A DNA stretch of 64,000 nucleotides from an uncultured Amylibacter sp. (GTDB taxonomy: Bacteria; Pseudomonadota; Alphaproteobacteria; Rhodobacterales; Rhodobacteraceae). The stretch spans positions 1,197,747-1,261,746 of the forward strand of contig CANMGS010000001.1 of NCBI GenBank assembly GCA_947497475.1. The letters are read 5' to 3'. Under the pieces are notes generated by a model. It did no database searches, had not been told where the DNA came from, and worked only from the letters and a program-made list of their open reading frames with translations. Positions 10,170 through 20,455 of the stretch are shown in pieces. Both the position numbers and the translations under genes were made by a program. The first letter of the stretch is position 1, and each line of letters begins with the position of its first letter.

Positions 10170-11825
10170 ATGGCCGAAATAGAACGTGAATCCATGGAGT
10201 ATGATGTTGTCATCGTAGGGGCAGGGCCAGCTGGTTTGTCTGCTGCTATTCGATTGAAACAACTAGATGCAAATTTGGAAGTTGTTGTCTTGGAAAAGGG
10301 CTCTGAAGTTGGCGCTCATATTCTTTCAGGTGCAGTACTTGATCCATCAGGCTTGAACGCACTTATCCCTGATTGGAAAGAAAAAGGCGCGCCTATTAAA
10401 GTGGAAGTAAAAGAAGATAACTTCCTGAAATTGTCCGAAGGCGGAAGCTCAAAGTTGCCAAACGCAATGATGCCACCTTTGATGAACAATCACGGCAACT
10501 ACATTGTTTCTATGGCAAACGTATGCCGCTGGATGGCTGAACAAGCAGAAGGCTTGGGTGTAGAAATCTTCCCAGGTATGGCCTGTTCTGAATTGGTTTA
10601 TGGTGACAATGGCGAATTAAAAGGCGTTGTTGCTGGTGAATTCGGTAAAGCAAAAGACGGATCAGAAGGTCCAGGGTACGAGCCTGGCATGGAATTGCAC
10701 GGTAAATACGTGTTCTTATCCGAAGGTGCACGCGGTTCATTGTCAAAGCAAGTGATTGCGAAATACGATCTTGCAAAAGATGCGGACCATCAAAAATACG
10801 GCCTTGGCATGAAAGAAATCTGGGAAGTTAAGCCAGAGAATCATAACGAAGGCGAAGTGACACACACAATGGGTTGGCCTTTGGGCGATGCGACAGGTGG
10901 TTCATTCATGTACCACATCGACAACAATCAGGTTTATGTCGGGTTCATCGTGGATTTGAACTACAAAAACCCACATATGTTCCCATACATGGAGTTCCAA
11001 CGTTGGAAACATCACCCGAAAATCGCTAAGGTATTAGAGGGCGGTAAACGCGTATCTTATGGTGCACGTGTTGTGACCAAAGGCGGCATTCAATCTATCC
11101 CAAAAGCATGTTTCCCAGGTGGCGCATTGTTGGGTTGTTCTGCTGGTGGTTTGGTAAACTTGCCGCGCATTAAGGGTAACCACAATGCAATGCATTCTGG
11201 CAAAGCCGCGGCTGAAGCAGCTTATGAAGCGATCCAAGCTGGTCGTTCAGGTGATGAGTTAACAGGTTACGATACTGAATTGCGCGAAGGTCCAGTTGGC
11301 CAAGATTTGAAAAAAGTGCGTAATGTTGCACCATTGAACGGCAAATACGGCCCTAAACTGGGCATGATGTTGGGTGGCTTTGACATGTGGTGTCAAACGA
11401 TCTTTAAATTCAGCCCATTTGGCACTGTTTCACATGGAAAAGACGATGCTGGCTCTACAGGCAAAGCATCAGACTACGCGCCGATCGATTATCCAAAACC
11501 AGATGGTAAGCTAAGCTTTGACCGCCTGACAAACGTCAGCTTCTCTGGCACAAACCACGAAGAAGAGCAGCCTTGCCACCTTCAGTTGGCAGATGTCAAA
11601 ATCCCAGTTGATGTGAACTTGGCAGAGTTTGCGGAACCTGCACAGCGTTATTGCCCAGCAGGTGTTTATGAAATCATTCGTGACGATGATGGATCAAACC
11701 CAAAGTTCCAAATTAATGCGCAAAACTGTGTGCATTGTAAGACTTGTGACATCAAAGACCCAAGTCGCAACATTACATGGGCTACGCCACAAGGTGGCGA
11801 AGGTCCAAATTACCCGAATATGTAA
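10170..11825 (+). CDS. Electron-transfer flavoprotein-ubiquinone oxidoreductase
   Basis: 551 aa. FAD motif VVIVGAGPAGLSAA and a C-terminal 4Fe-4S ferredoxin-like segment (CPAGVYE...CVHCKTCDIKDP). Confidence 0.95.
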   Translation: MAEIERESMEYDVVIVGAGPAGLSAAIRLKQLDANLEVVVLEKGSEVGAHILSGAVLDPSGLNALIPDWKEKGAPIKVEVKEDNFLKLSEGGSSKLPNAMMPPLMNNHGNYIVSMANVCRWMAEQAEGLGVEIFPGMACSELVYGDNGELKGVVAGEFGKAKDGSEGPGYEPGMELHGKYVFLSEGARGSLSKQVIAKYDLAKDADHQKYGLGMKEIWEVKPENHNEGEVTHTMGWPLGDATGGSFMYHIDNNQVYVGFIVDLNYKNPHMFPYMEFQRWKHHPKIAKVLEGGKRVSYGARVVTKGGIQSIPKACFPGGALLGCSAGGLVNLPRIKGNHNAMHSGKAAAEAAYEAIQAGRSGDELTGYDTELREGPVGQDLKKVRNVAPLNGKYGPKLGMMLGGFDMWCQTIFKFSPFGTVSHGKDDAGSTGKASDYAPIDYPKPDGKLSFDRLTNVSFSGTNHEEEQPCHLQLADVKIPVDVNLAEFAEPAQRYCPAGVYEIIRDDDGSNPKFQINAQNCVHCKTCDIKDPSRNITWATPQGGEGPNYPNM

Positions 11826-11846
11826 TCACATATTTGCAATTCACAG

Positions 11847-11884
11847 CCGAGTTTCCAAAAGTTGATGGAAGCTCGGTTGTATTG
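11847..11884 (+). terminator. Candidate intrinsic terminator after the ETF-QO gene
   Basis: 10-bp stem CCGAGTTTCC / GGAAGCTCGG (one G-U pair), 10-nt loop, followed by TTGTATTG. Confidence 0.5.
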
Positions 11885-11938
11885 CAGGCTTATCGCAGCT
11901 AGGCTTTGTTTCGAAAACTTATTTAGGAACCTCGCAGA

Positions 11939-13630
11939 ATGCGCATAAAGCCTCTATTTCCTCTTTTATTAGCAGCTAGTTTTATCAGCACGCCCACCGT
12001 TTCTTTTGGTGAAGGTGTCGCTGGGGCTTATTTGTCCGCTAATCAGGCAAATAGAAACAATGATTATGCTGCTGCAGCCGAATACTATTCAAAAGCTTTG
12101 CTTCAAGATCCTGATGATGGATTTATATTGCAAAACGCGCTCTTAGCCTATGTCGCCACTGGCGAGATGGAGAGTGCTATTCAGCTGTCTGATGAGATTG
12201 TTAAGCTGGATTTTGGTAGCCAGCTATCTGATCTGATGATTTTAGCGTCTAATGTTAAAGAGAAGAAATATGATGACGCTTTAAGTCTATTAGATAAATC
12301 CAAAGATCGTATCAGTCCTTTATTAAGCGGCTTGCTCAAAGGATGGATCCACGTTGGTTCAGGCAATATGTCTAAGGCAACAGAACATTTTGATAGCATG
12401 GCAAAACCTGATGCACTACGTATTTTTGGGCAATATCACAAAGCGCTTGCTGTTGCTATCGCTGGTGATTTTGAATTGGCTGATAAGATTATCCAAGGTG
12501 ATGGTGAAAATACGCTGCATATTAATCGCGGTAGTATTATAGCGCATGCTCAGATCATGTCACAGCTTGGTAAGTTTGATGAGGCAGAAAGCCTGCTCTC
12601 GCAAAATATGAACGGTACAGCAGATCAACAATTGCGAGATTTATTGCAAAAGATGCAAGCAAAGGAGGTAGTGCCTTTTGACCTTGTCGGGTCTGTTGAA
12701 GACGGTGTTTCAGAGACATTTTTAACATTGGCAAGTGTTCTGAGCGGCGAACAAGATGAACGGTTCTCATTGATCTATGGCCGTATTGCAGAGTATTTAC
12801 GCCCCGATAATATCCAAGCAATATTGCTTTTAGCGGATGTAATGCAGGGCCAACAGCAATTTGATATCGCAACAAGCCTACTCGCAAAAGTCCCAACGGA
12901 TCACCCTCTTTATTTAAATGCTGAAATCAGCCGTGCAGATACTTTGGTTGATGCAGGAAAATCTGATGCGGCGATTGCTGTTCTACAACGTTTAGCAACT
13001 TCGCATCCTGACATTGCACGTGTGCAAATGGTTCTGGGTGATGTTTATAGCGATCAAAAGAAGTTTCGGGATGCAGAAAAAGCGTACACGAAAACGATTG
13101 ATATGTTGGAGCAAGAGGGTGGTGCACAATGGTTTATTTATTATGCACGCGCAGTGGCTCATGAGCGGCTTGACGACTGGGATCAATCAGAAACAGATTT
13201 CAGAAAAGCTCTGGAGCTATCACCCAATCAACCATCCGTTTTGAATTATCTTGGGTATTCCTTGGTTGAAAAACGTATGAAGCTTGATGAAGCGCAAGAC
13301 ATGATTGAGCGGGCAGTCAAAGCACGACCCAATGACGGGTTTATCACAGACAGCCTTGGCTGGGTTTTATACCGCGTTGGTAAGTTCGAAGAAGCAGTCG
13401 CGCCTATGGAACGTGCTGTAGAATTGGTACCCACAGACCCTATTATTAATGATCATCTTGGTGATGTGTATTGGAAAGTTGGGCGTGAACGCGAGGCACG
13501 TTTTCAATGGAGCCGTGCACTGTCATTTGATCCAGAAGAAAAAGATGCTATTCGTATTCGCCGTAAACTGGATATTGGCCTAGATGAGGTTTTGACACTG
13601 GAAGAGGCGAATGTCTCCAATGCAAATTAA
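11939..13630 (+). CDS. Secreted tetratricopeptide-repeat protein
   Basis: 563 aa. Signal peptide MRIKPLFPLLLAASFISTPTVSFG and repeated TPR-like A/Y/L patterns. Its end overlaps the ispE start. Confidence 0.8.
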   Translation: MRIKPLFPLLLAASFISTPTVSFGEGVAGAYLSANQANRNNDYAAAAEYYSKALLQDPDDGFILQNALLAYVATGEMESAIQLSDEIVKLDFGSQLSDLMILASNVKEKKYDDALSLLDKSKDRISPLLSGLLKGWIHVGSGNMSKATEHFDSMAKPDALRIFGQYHKALAVAIAGDFELADKIIQGDGENTLHINRGSIIAHAQIMSQLGKFDEAESLLSQNMNGTADQQLRDLLQKMQAKEVVPFDLVGSVEDGVSETFLTLASVLSGEQDERFSLIYGRIAEYLRPDNIQAILLLADVMQGQQQFDIATSLLAKVPTDHPLYLNAEISRADTLVDAGKSDAAIAVLQRLATSHPDIARVQMVLGDVYSDQKKFRDAEKAYTKTIDMLEQEGGAQWFIYYARAVAHERLDDWDQSETDFRKALELSPNQPSVLNYLGYSLVEKRMKLDEAQDMIERAVKARPNDGFITDSLGWVLYRVGKFEEAVAPMERAVELVPTDPIINDHLGDVYWKVGREREARFQWSRALSFDPEEKDAIRIRRKLDIGLDEVLTLEEANVSNAN

Positions 13631-14441
13631 TGAATTTGCCCGGGCTAAAATAAACCTCTGTTTACATGTTACTGGGCAAAGAGGTGATGGCTATCATTTT
13701 CTGGATAGTCTTGTCGTCTTCGCTGATGTCGGTGATGTGGTGTCTGTTCAGCCTTCGGGCGACTTTTCATTAAAAATTGATGGCCCTTTTGCTGATGGGT
13801 TAAGCGTTGATGAGGATAACCTTGTCTTACAAGCAGCGAGAGTTTTTGAGCAACATTGCGAAGGCGCTGCATTAATATTGACGAAAAACCTGCCGGTTGC
13901 TTCTGGCATTGGTGGCGGTTCGGCTGATGCAGCAGCAACATTGCGTGCTATGGCCAGATTAACTGGGGCAGATTTACCAAAAGATGCTGGCTTGTCGCTT
14001 GGTGCGGATGTCCCTGTTTGCTTAATGCAGCAAACTTGTAGAATGCAGGGCATTGGCGAACAAATTACACCTGTACAAAATATCCCACAAATTACGGCCG
14101 TATTGATGCGCCCTAATGTTGCAGTATCAACGCCAACTATATTTAAAGCGATTACTGATAAAAATAATGCAAGTATGACTGATTATAATGGCGAGGATTT
14201 CTTTACCTACCTCAATAATCAACGCAATGATTTGGAAGACCCTGCATGTGCATTTGCTCCTGAAATCAATATTTGTTTGCAAGCGATACGCGAACAAGGC
14301 GCATTGCTTGCACGTATGTCTGGTTCTGGTGCCACATGCTTTGGGCTTTTTGATACACAAGAAAACGCAAGGCTTGCCGCAGATAACCTAGCGGAAGCTT
14401 ATCCTGACTGTTGGGTAACTGCCTGTGTTTTAGGTTCTTAA
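13611..14441 (+). CDS. ispE: 4-(cytidine 5'-diphospho)-2-C-methyl-D-erythritol kinase
   Basis: 276 aa. AKINLCLHVTG...LPVASGIGGGSADAAA is the GHMP kinase motif. Confidence 0.9.
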   Translation: MSPMQINEFARAKINLCLHVTGQRGDGYHFLDSLVVFADVGDVVSVQPSGDFSLKIDGPFADGLSVDEDNLVLQAARVFEQHCEGAALILTKNLPVASGIGGGSADAAATLRAMARLTGADLPKDAGLSLGADVPVCLMQQTCRMQGIGEQITPVQNIPQITAVLMRPNVAVSTPTIFKAITDKNNASMTDYNGEDFFTYLNNQRNDLEDPACAFAPEINICLQAIREQGALLARMSGSGATCFGLFDTQENARLAADNLAEAYPDCWVTACVLGS

Positions 14442-15421
14442 ACCGCGCGTTCGACTACGTAATCCGTCAAATCACCAAGCAAGTCGCGTATTTCGGATTG
14501 TGGTAAGTCCGATAATGCTGCTTTCGCTTTGTTGCCCCAATAGATTGCGGCATCGCGGGTCTCTTCTAATGTGCCATGTTTTTTAAGCAATTCCATTGCA
14601 TGTTCAAGATCACCGTCTTTTTGATCCCCTTTGGCAATTGTACGATCCCAGAATACACGTTCATCTGAATCCGCCTTCGCAATTGCTTTGATCACTGGCA
14701 ATGTTAATTTGCGTTCACGAAAGTCATCGCCTGTATTTTTACCAAGAGATGCGCTCGCACCACCGTAATCCAATAGATCATCTACGATTTGGAAACTGAT
14801 CCCCAAAGCGTCACCATATGCATGCAATGCAGTTGTTTCTTTATCGCTTGCAGACGCAATCACACCGCCAACTTCAGTAGCTGCAGAAAACAGAGCGGCT
14901 GTTTTCCCACGGATAACTTTGAAATACACTTCTTCGGTTGTGTTCGTATCTTGAGCCGCTGTTAACTGCAGAACTTCGCCTTCAGCGATCGTTGCGGATG
15001 CATTTGCCAAAATATCCAGAACACGCAGTGAACCTGTTTCGACCATCAATTGGAAAGAACGAGAGAAAAGATAATCACCTACAAGGATCGAAGACTTATT
15101 GTCCCATAAAAGATTGGCTGTTTTCTTGCCGCGGCGCATATCACTTTCATCTACCACATCATCATGCAGCAAAGTTGCTGTGTGAATGAATTCTACAGTT
15201 GCGGCTAAGTGTACGTGATACGGGCCGTCATACCCACAAATACGGGCACCAGCCAAAGTCAGCATGGGGCGTAAACGTTTGCCTCCTGCTTCAACCAAAT
15301 GCGCAGTTACTTCTGGAATACGCGGTGCATTTTCGGATGCCATACGTGTTTTTATTAATGTGTTTACGGCATCCATGTCTTTGGACAGTAACTCACTTAG
15401 GCGTTCAACAGGTTTCTTCAC
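14438..15421 (-). CDS. ispB: Polyprenyl (octaprenyl-type) diphosphate synthase
   Basis: 327 aa. Both aspartate-rich motifs are present (LLHDDVVDES and FQIVDDLLDY). Confidence 0.88.
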   Translation of the reverse strand: MKKPVERLSELLSKDMDAVNTLIKTRMASENAPRIPEVTAHLVEAGGKRLRPMLTLAGARICGYDGPYHVHLAATVEFIHTATLLHDDVVDESDMRRGKKTANLLWDNKSSILVGDYLFSRSFQLMVETGSLRVLDILANASATIAEGEVLQLTAAQDTNTTEEVYFKVIRGKTAALFSAATEVGGVIASASDKETTALHAYGDALGISFQIVDDLLDYGGASASLGKNTGDDFRERKLTLPVIKAIAKADSDERVFWDRTIAKGDQKDGDLEHAMELLKKHGTLEETRDAAIYWGNKAKAALSDLPQSEIRDLLGDLTDYVVERAV

Positions 15422-15487
15422 GTTTTATTTTCCACTCATATTCGCGCCGTACTGGCAAACTTGTCTTTGACAGGGTAATCAGTCCCT

Positions 15488-15709
15488 ATGAAAGAATTAT
15501 TTAGAACGACCGATCCGACTCTTATACCGTTTGCATCTGCAATGCTCCGCGCAGAGGGTATAGAATGCTTTGACCTTGACGTCCATATGAGCATTTTAGA
15601 AGGCTCAATTGGGGTAATGCCAAGGCGCTTGATGGTCGCAGATCAACATTATTTCCGAGCCAGTGCAATATTGCGCGATAATGACGTAGAAATTTCCGAT
15701 AAACCATGA
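15488..15709 (+). CDS. DUF2007-like small protein (putative signal-transducing fold)
   Basis: 73 aa. Translationally coupled (4-nt overlap) to the downstream methyltransferase. Confidence 0.65.
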   Translation: MKELFRTTDPTLIPFASAMLRAEGIECFDLDVHMSILEGSIGVMPRRLMVADQHYFRASAILRDNDVEISDKP

Positions 15710-16467
15710 CGGAAATAGGCAGTGATTTAACCCAAGATGCTTTCCTGAATGGCGCGTTAAATATTTTGCAGCCAAAATCAGGTTATCGAGCAGCTACCGA
15801 TCCAGTGTTTATGGCCGCAAGCATCGCTGCAAAGCCAGGAGACACAGTTCTTGAAATGGGCTGTGGTGTTGGTGTCGCGATGTTATGTTTGGGCCAGCGT
15901 GTTCCAGATTGTAAGCTAACGGGATTAGAACTGCAGCCAGAATACGCTGATTTAGCACGTCAGAATGCTGAAGCGAATGACATTTCAGCAAAGATTTTAT
16001 CTGGAGATTTGATGCAGATGCCGCCAGAACTTAGAGAGCAGAATTTTGACCATGTGATGTTTAACCCGCCCTTTTACGATTATGGCAAGGTCACTGCTCC
16101 AGATGATTTGGGGAAATCCCAAGCGCATGTAATGGATTTAGAGATATCTGATTGGATTAAAGCGGGCATGAAGCGTTTGAAGCCTAAAGGTTGGCTGACG
16201 TTTATCCACCGTATTGATATTTTACCCAAAGCAATGGCGGCTTTATCAGAAGGGGCTGGCGATATTATTGTGAAACCATTGACATCGCGTTCAAGCCAAC
16301 CAGCCAAACGTATTATTGTTACATGTAGAAAAGGGACAAATGGGCCGCCTGTTTTATTGCCACCCTTAGTTATTCACAATTCTGACGCACATAGTTCTGA
16401 TGCAGGTACCTATTCATCAATAGCGCAGGGAATATTACGAAATGGCGACGCTTTGCCGATTTCATAA
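15706..16467 (+). CDS. SAM-dependent N6-adenine methyltransferase (tRNA1(Val) m6A37 YfiC-like)
   Basis: 253 aa. SAM motif VLEMGCGVG and the NPPF motif (MFNPPFYD). Confidence 0.8.
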   Translation: MTEIGSDLTQDAFLNGALNILQPKSGYRAATDPVFMAASIAAKPGDTVLEMGCGVGVAMLCLGQRVPDCKLTGLELQPEYADLARQNAEANDISAKILSGDLMQMPPELREQNFDHVMFNPPFYDYGKVTAPDDLGKSQAHVMDLEISDWIKAGMKRLKPKGWLTFIHRIDILPKAMAALSEGAGDIIVKPLTSRSSQPAKRIIVTCRKGTNGPPVLLPPLVIHNSDAHSSDAGTYSSIAQGILRNGDALPIS

Positions 16468-16556
16468 AGTTCGCTGTACTAAATAATATTGAGCCGTGAC
16501 ACGACTCACTTTTTATGCTCCACTTCCTTTGTTCATTTTAAAGAAAGAGGTGCTAC

Positions 16557-16721
16557 ATGACCAAGAGTTCTCATATTATCGAACTCCAAAGAAAACATGA
16601 AAAACTTTCCGATCAAGTGGAAAAAATACAAAGTCGACCAAGCGCTGACCCGCTTCAGATCGTGACTTTGAAAAAGCAAAAACTTAAAATTAAAGAACAA
16701 ATCGAGCGAATGTCGGTCTAA
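16557..16721 (+). CDS. DUF465 (YdcH-like) small coiled-coil protein; below the ORF-track length cutoff
   Basis: 54-aa ORF MTKSSHIIELQRKHEKLSDQVEKIQSRPSADPLQIVTLKKQKLKIKEQIERMSV, preceded by AAAGAAAGAGG 6 nt upstream of the ATG. The pattern matches the DUF465 family as I recall it. Confidence 0.7.
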   Translation: MTKSSHIIELQRKHEKLSDQVEKIQSRPSADPLQIVTLKKQKLKIKEQIERMSV

Positions 16722-16738
16722 TTATATCGCTGGGGCTT

Positions 16739-17914
16739 TTAGCCACGCTCAACGCATAAAGCGACGCCCATTCCACCGCCAATGCATAGTGTGGCAAGCC
16801 CCTTTGAAGCCTCTCGGCGTTTCATTTCATACAGTAGTGTTGTTAAAACGCGTGCTCCTGATGCACCGATTGGGTGACCAATTGCGATTGCCCCACCGTT
16901 TACATTTACGATCTCTGGATCCCATCCCATTTCTTTATTCACTGCGCATGCTTGTGCAGCAAAAGCTTCGTTGGCTTCAATCAAATCCAGATCGTTAATT
17001 GTCCAACCCGCTTTTTGAAGTGCTTTTTGAGATGCAGAAACTGGACCTATGCCCATGATTGCAGGATCAACGCCAGATGTTGCATAAGACGCAATACGCG
17101 CTAATGGTGTGAGACCACGTTTCGCAGCATTTTCCTCTGTCATTAAAACCAATGCAGCAGCGCCATCATTAATGCCTGATGCATTACCAGCAGTCACGGA
17201 ACCATCTTTTTCAAATGCAGGGCGTAGGCCTGATAGTTTTTCTACTGTTGTGCCAGCACGAATATATTCATCATGCTCAACAATAGTATCGCCGCGTCTA
17301 GATTTCACAGTAAAGGGTGTGATTTCATCCGCGAACCGACCAGCTTCTTGAGCATTGGCTGCTTTTGCCTGAGACGCTTCAGCAAATAAGTCTTGTTGTT
17401 CGCGACGGATGTCGAATTTCTTTGCTACATTTTCTGCGGTTGTGCCCATATGGTAGCCGTGGAAAGCGTCCCACAAGCCGTCTTTAAGCATTGAGTCTAC
17501 GTATTCCATATTTCCCATTTTTTGCCCTTGGCGAAGGTTAGCAACGTGTGGGGAAAAGCTCATGCTTTCTTGGCCGCCAGCGACTACAATATCCGCATCA
17601 CCAAGTTGTATATGTTGAGCCGCTAGCGCAACTGAACGTAAACCAGAACCGCAAAGCTGATTAATAGACCATGCAGCACTTTCAATCGGTAAGCCTGCAT
17701 TGATGTGTGCTTGACGGGCAGGACCTTGACCTTGGCCTGCTGTTAAAATCTGCCCTAAAATAGTTTCCGAAACATCAGATTTTTCGATACCTGCACGTAC
17801 AACAGCTGCTTCAATAGCGCAAGTTCCAAGGTCATGAGCTGGGACCGATGCAAATGCACCCATAAAGCTACCTACGGCTGTGCGTGCTGCGGAAACGATT
17901 ACGATATTTGTCAT
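16739..17914 (-). CDS. Acetyl-CoA C-acetyltransferase (thiolase II)
   Basis: 391 aa. Active-site regions [11 protein letters not shown], ...[15 protein letters not shown]... and CIGGGMG. Confidence 0.95.
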   Translation of the reverse strand: MTNIVIVSAARTAVGSFMGAFASVPAHDLGTCAIEAAVVRAGIEKSDVSETILGQILTAGQGQGPARQAHINAGLPIESAAWSINQLCGSGLRSVALAAQHIQLGDADIVVAGGQESMSFSPHVANLRQGQKMGNMEYVDSMLKDGLWDAFHGYHMGTTAENVAKKFDIRREQQDLFAEASQAKAANAQEAGRFADEITPFTVKSRRGDTIVEHDEYIRAGTTVEKLSGLRPAFEKDGSVTAGNASGINDGAAALVLMTEENAAKRGLTPLARIASYATSGVDPAIMGIGPVSASQKALQKAGWTINDLDLIEANEAFAAQACAVNKEMGWDPEIVNVNGGAIAIGHPIGASGARVLTTLLYEMKRREASKGLATLCIGGGMGVALCVERG

Positions 17915-17982
17915 TTGGCTTACCTATCCGTCAATTTGTTATGATAGGCATACGCATAAATTGGGCATAGGGGAATACGAGT

Positions 17983-18819
17983 TTACACGTAGTGCTGTAA
18001 CGTCGTTTCTTTTTCCCGCCATGCAGGAACAGTTTCTGGGCGGCCTATAACGTAGCCTTGTAAACAATCTAAGCCAAGGCCTTGCAAAAATGACATTTCT
18101 TCGGGTGTTTCAACGCATTCTGCAACGGACAACATGTCAAATTGATTTGCGATTGCGACCAAAGCAGTTGTCAGAACTTGGTTATCTGTATCTTCATTTA
18201 TATCGCGGATGAATTGACCATCTATTTTGACGATATCAAAGTGAAATTGTTTCAAAAAACGAAATGCTGTAAAACCTGCGCCGAAGTCATCAAGGGCAAA
18301 TGAAATGCCGCGTTTGTGCAGGTTGGCCATAAAGACTTTGACGAGCTCAGGCATCATCATTGCGCTGTCTTCGGTGATTTCTAGAATCAAACGCTCTGCA
18401 ATGGTGCCATCCATAGAAAGGCCTTTTTCTAAGGTTTCCATCCACCTAGGGTAGCCAATGCTGCGGGCAGACATGTTGATTGATAATCTTAATGTGGGGC
18501 ATTCTGACAATGCATTTAGGCCCATTTCTAAAGCAAGGCAGTCAATGATACGTCCCGTTTCTAAGGTTTCAACGATTGAAATAAAGTCACGTGCAGGAAT
18601 GATTTCCCGCGTGTCATCCATAATGCGAATAAGCCCTTCATAGAATGCGGGCTTTAAAGGGTTTTTAGCATGCACTATGGGTTGGTATGCTAAAAGTACA
18701 TTTTTACGGGCGATTGCACGTGTGACGGTATCAATCACAGGTTCTTTACGTTTTTTACGTGCGTAATCCAACGGGCTGTTGGGGTCTTGTGGGTTATAGA
18801 ATTCATCAATTTTTGGCAC
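17983..18819 (-). CDS. Stand-alone EAL-domain protein (putative c-di-GMP phosphodiesterase)
   Basis: 278 aa. EGLIR, INMS, EITE, DDFGAG, KIDGQF and ECVE motifs are all present. No sensor or GGDEF domain. Confidence 0.88.
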   Translation of the reverse strand: MPKIDEFYNPQDPNSPLDYARKKRKEPVIDTVTRAIARKNVLLAYQPIVHAKNPLKPAFYEGLIRIMDDTREIIPARDFISIVETLETGRIIDCLALEMGLNALSECPTLRLSINMSARSIGYPRWMETLEKGLSMDGTIAERLILEITEDSAMMMPELVKVFMANLHKRGISFALDDFGAGFTAFRFLKQFHFDIVKIDGQFIRDINEDTDNQVLTTALVAIANQFDMLSVAECVETPEEMSFLQGLGLDCLQGYVIGRPETVPAWREKETTLQHYV

Positions 18820-18958
18820 TTTAACATGCTCCGATTAGGTGTAACTTCTTATGTTATGGTATTTTACTTCCTAATTTGATGTTAAATGTTCCAATTTTGT
18901 TCTAACTCTAATAAACTTAGCTTAAAATTTTTAAAGCACTGAAAGTAAGGAATATATT

Positions 18959-19531
18959 ATGCCTGAGCGTTGTGAATGGGTTGGAAAAGAGCCAATTTAT
19001 ATAAAATACCATGATGAAGAATGGGGTGTGCCTGAACATGATCCACGTGCTTTGTGGGAAAAACTCGTACTTGAAGGGTTTCAGGCAGGTTTAAGTTGGA
19101 TCACGATCTTAAGAAAACGCGAAGGGTTTCGCGCGGCTTTTGCTGACTTCGATCCGCATAAGGTTGCAGAATTCAGCGAAGCAGATGTTGAAAGATTACT
19201 TCAGGACGAGGGCATTGTCCGTCATCGCGGCAAGATTAATGCAACCATCAAAGGGGCACGTGTGTGGCAAGAGATCGAGGCAGATATTGGCTTTGACAAA
19301 TACATTTGGGACTTTGTGGATGGCAAACCTATTCAAAATGCATGGACTAGTTTGAAAGAAGTGCCAGCATCTACTGATTTGTCTGCGCATATGTCCAAAA
19401 CACTTAAAAAGCGAGGCTTTAACTTTTGTGGCCCTACAATCACTTACGCATTTATGCAGGCGGTGGGCATGGTAAATGACCACACGGTAGACTGTCATCG
19501 CTATGAAGCGATTAAGGCGATGGGGCGTTAA
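18959..19531 (+). CDS. tag: DNA-3-methyladenine glycosylase I
   Basis: 190 aa. MPERCEWVGKEPIYIKYHDEEWGVP...GLSWITIL...NDHTVDCHRY retains the Cys/His/His/Cys zinc-snap positions of E. coli Tag. Confidence 0.9.
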   Translation: MPERCEWVGKEPIYIKYHDEEWGVPEHDPRALWEKLVLEGFQAGLSWITILRKREGFRAAFADFDPHKVAEFSEADVERLLQDEGIVRHRGKINATIKGARVWQEIEADIGFDKYIWDFVDGKPIQNAWTSLKEVPASTDLSAHMSKTLKKRGFNFCGPTITYAFMQAVGMVNDHTVDCHRYEAIKAMGR

Positions 19532-19548
19532 TGCTTCCCAAATTTCTT

Positions 19549-19592
19549 GTATGGAACCTGTATGGCATACGTATGGAAAGCGTACGGCACGC
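19549..19592. repeat. Four phased 11-bp direct repeats with a GTAYGG core
   Basis: GTATGGAACCT / GTATGGCATAC / GTATGGAAAGC / GTACGGCACGC begin at 19549, 19560, 19571 and 19582, so the period is exactly 11 bp. Confidence 0.7.
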
Positions 19593-19717
19593 AGTGGGAT
19601 TGAAAAATATTAACCAATAAGCAGAACATAGGGTGTGAAGCACGATTTTGTGAATCGGTCGATGCACGACTATGCGATATAACCGCAGCACATCAAAAGC
19701 TATTCAACAGGTTCCAT

Positions 19718-20437
19718 ATGCTTCAAAAATTTATTTTATCTGCGATTTTTGCCACGAGTTTTATTGGGGCTGCTTTTGCCGAAACAGTCACCTTTAAAAC
19801 CAAAGATGGCGTCCTGATCACCGCAGATACGGGTGGCTCAGGAGTGGGCTCTGTAATTGTTTTATATCACATGGCAGGGGCAAGCCGTGGTGAATACCGC
19901 GATATTGCACCACGTTTGCATAAATTGGGTTACCGCACATTGGCCGTGGATCAACGCTCTGGTCGTGCGTTTAATGGCGTACGCAATGAGACAGCAAAGC
20001 GGGTGGGGCGTAATCCAGGGTTTCAGGCGGCTTTGCCAGATATTCTGGCAGCAGCGGATTATGCGCGAAAAAATATGAAGGCGAAAAAAGTTGGTGTCGT
20101 AGGGTCGTCCTATTCATCTTCTTTGGTTTTGGTGGCTGCCGGGCAAAATAAGAAATTTGCGGATGCGGTGATGTCCTTTTCACCAGGCGAATATTTTTCA
20201 AACAAAAGCTTGGTGCGCAGCTCTGCCGCGAAAATCAAAGCCCCTGTTTTTATCACGGCTGCACGCAACGAAATGGGCCAGATCAAGCCGATTGCAAAGG
20301 TTGTAAAATCAGATGTGACTTTGTTTAAACCGAATGGGTCGGGGCGACATGGTGCAACAGCTTTGCTTACAAAAGCAGGTCCAGAATATTGGGCCGCACT
20401 GGAAAAATTTTTAGCGCAACATTTACCTGTGCGCTGA
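19718..20437 (+). CDS. Secreted alpha/beta-hydrolase (dienelactone hydrolase-like)
   Basis: 239 aa. Signal peptide MLQKFILSAIFATSFIGAAFA. Nucleophile-elbow-like GSSYSS. Confidence 0.65.
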   Translation: MLQKFILSAIFATSFIGAAFAETVTFKTKDGVLITADTGGSGVGSVIVLYHMAGASRGEYRDIAPRLHKLGYRTLAVDQRSGRAFNGVRNETAKRVGRNPGFQAALPDILAAADYARKNMKAKKVGVVGSSYSSSLVLVAAGQNKKFADAVMSFSPGEYFSNKSLVRSSAAKIKAPVFITAARNEMGQIKPIAKVVKSDVTLFKPNGSGRHGATALLTKAGPEYWAALEKFLAQHLPVR

Positions 20438-20455
20438 CACGATATTCAATGCGCG

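Noticed and set aside
19532-19621. A 29-aa ORF (MLPKFLVWNLYGIRMESVRHAVGLKNINQ) spanning the 11-bp repeats
   Set aside because: It has no SD, and the ATG overlaps the tag stop only by chance. The 11-bp repeat period is incompatible with a coding repeat. It is more likely non-coding.
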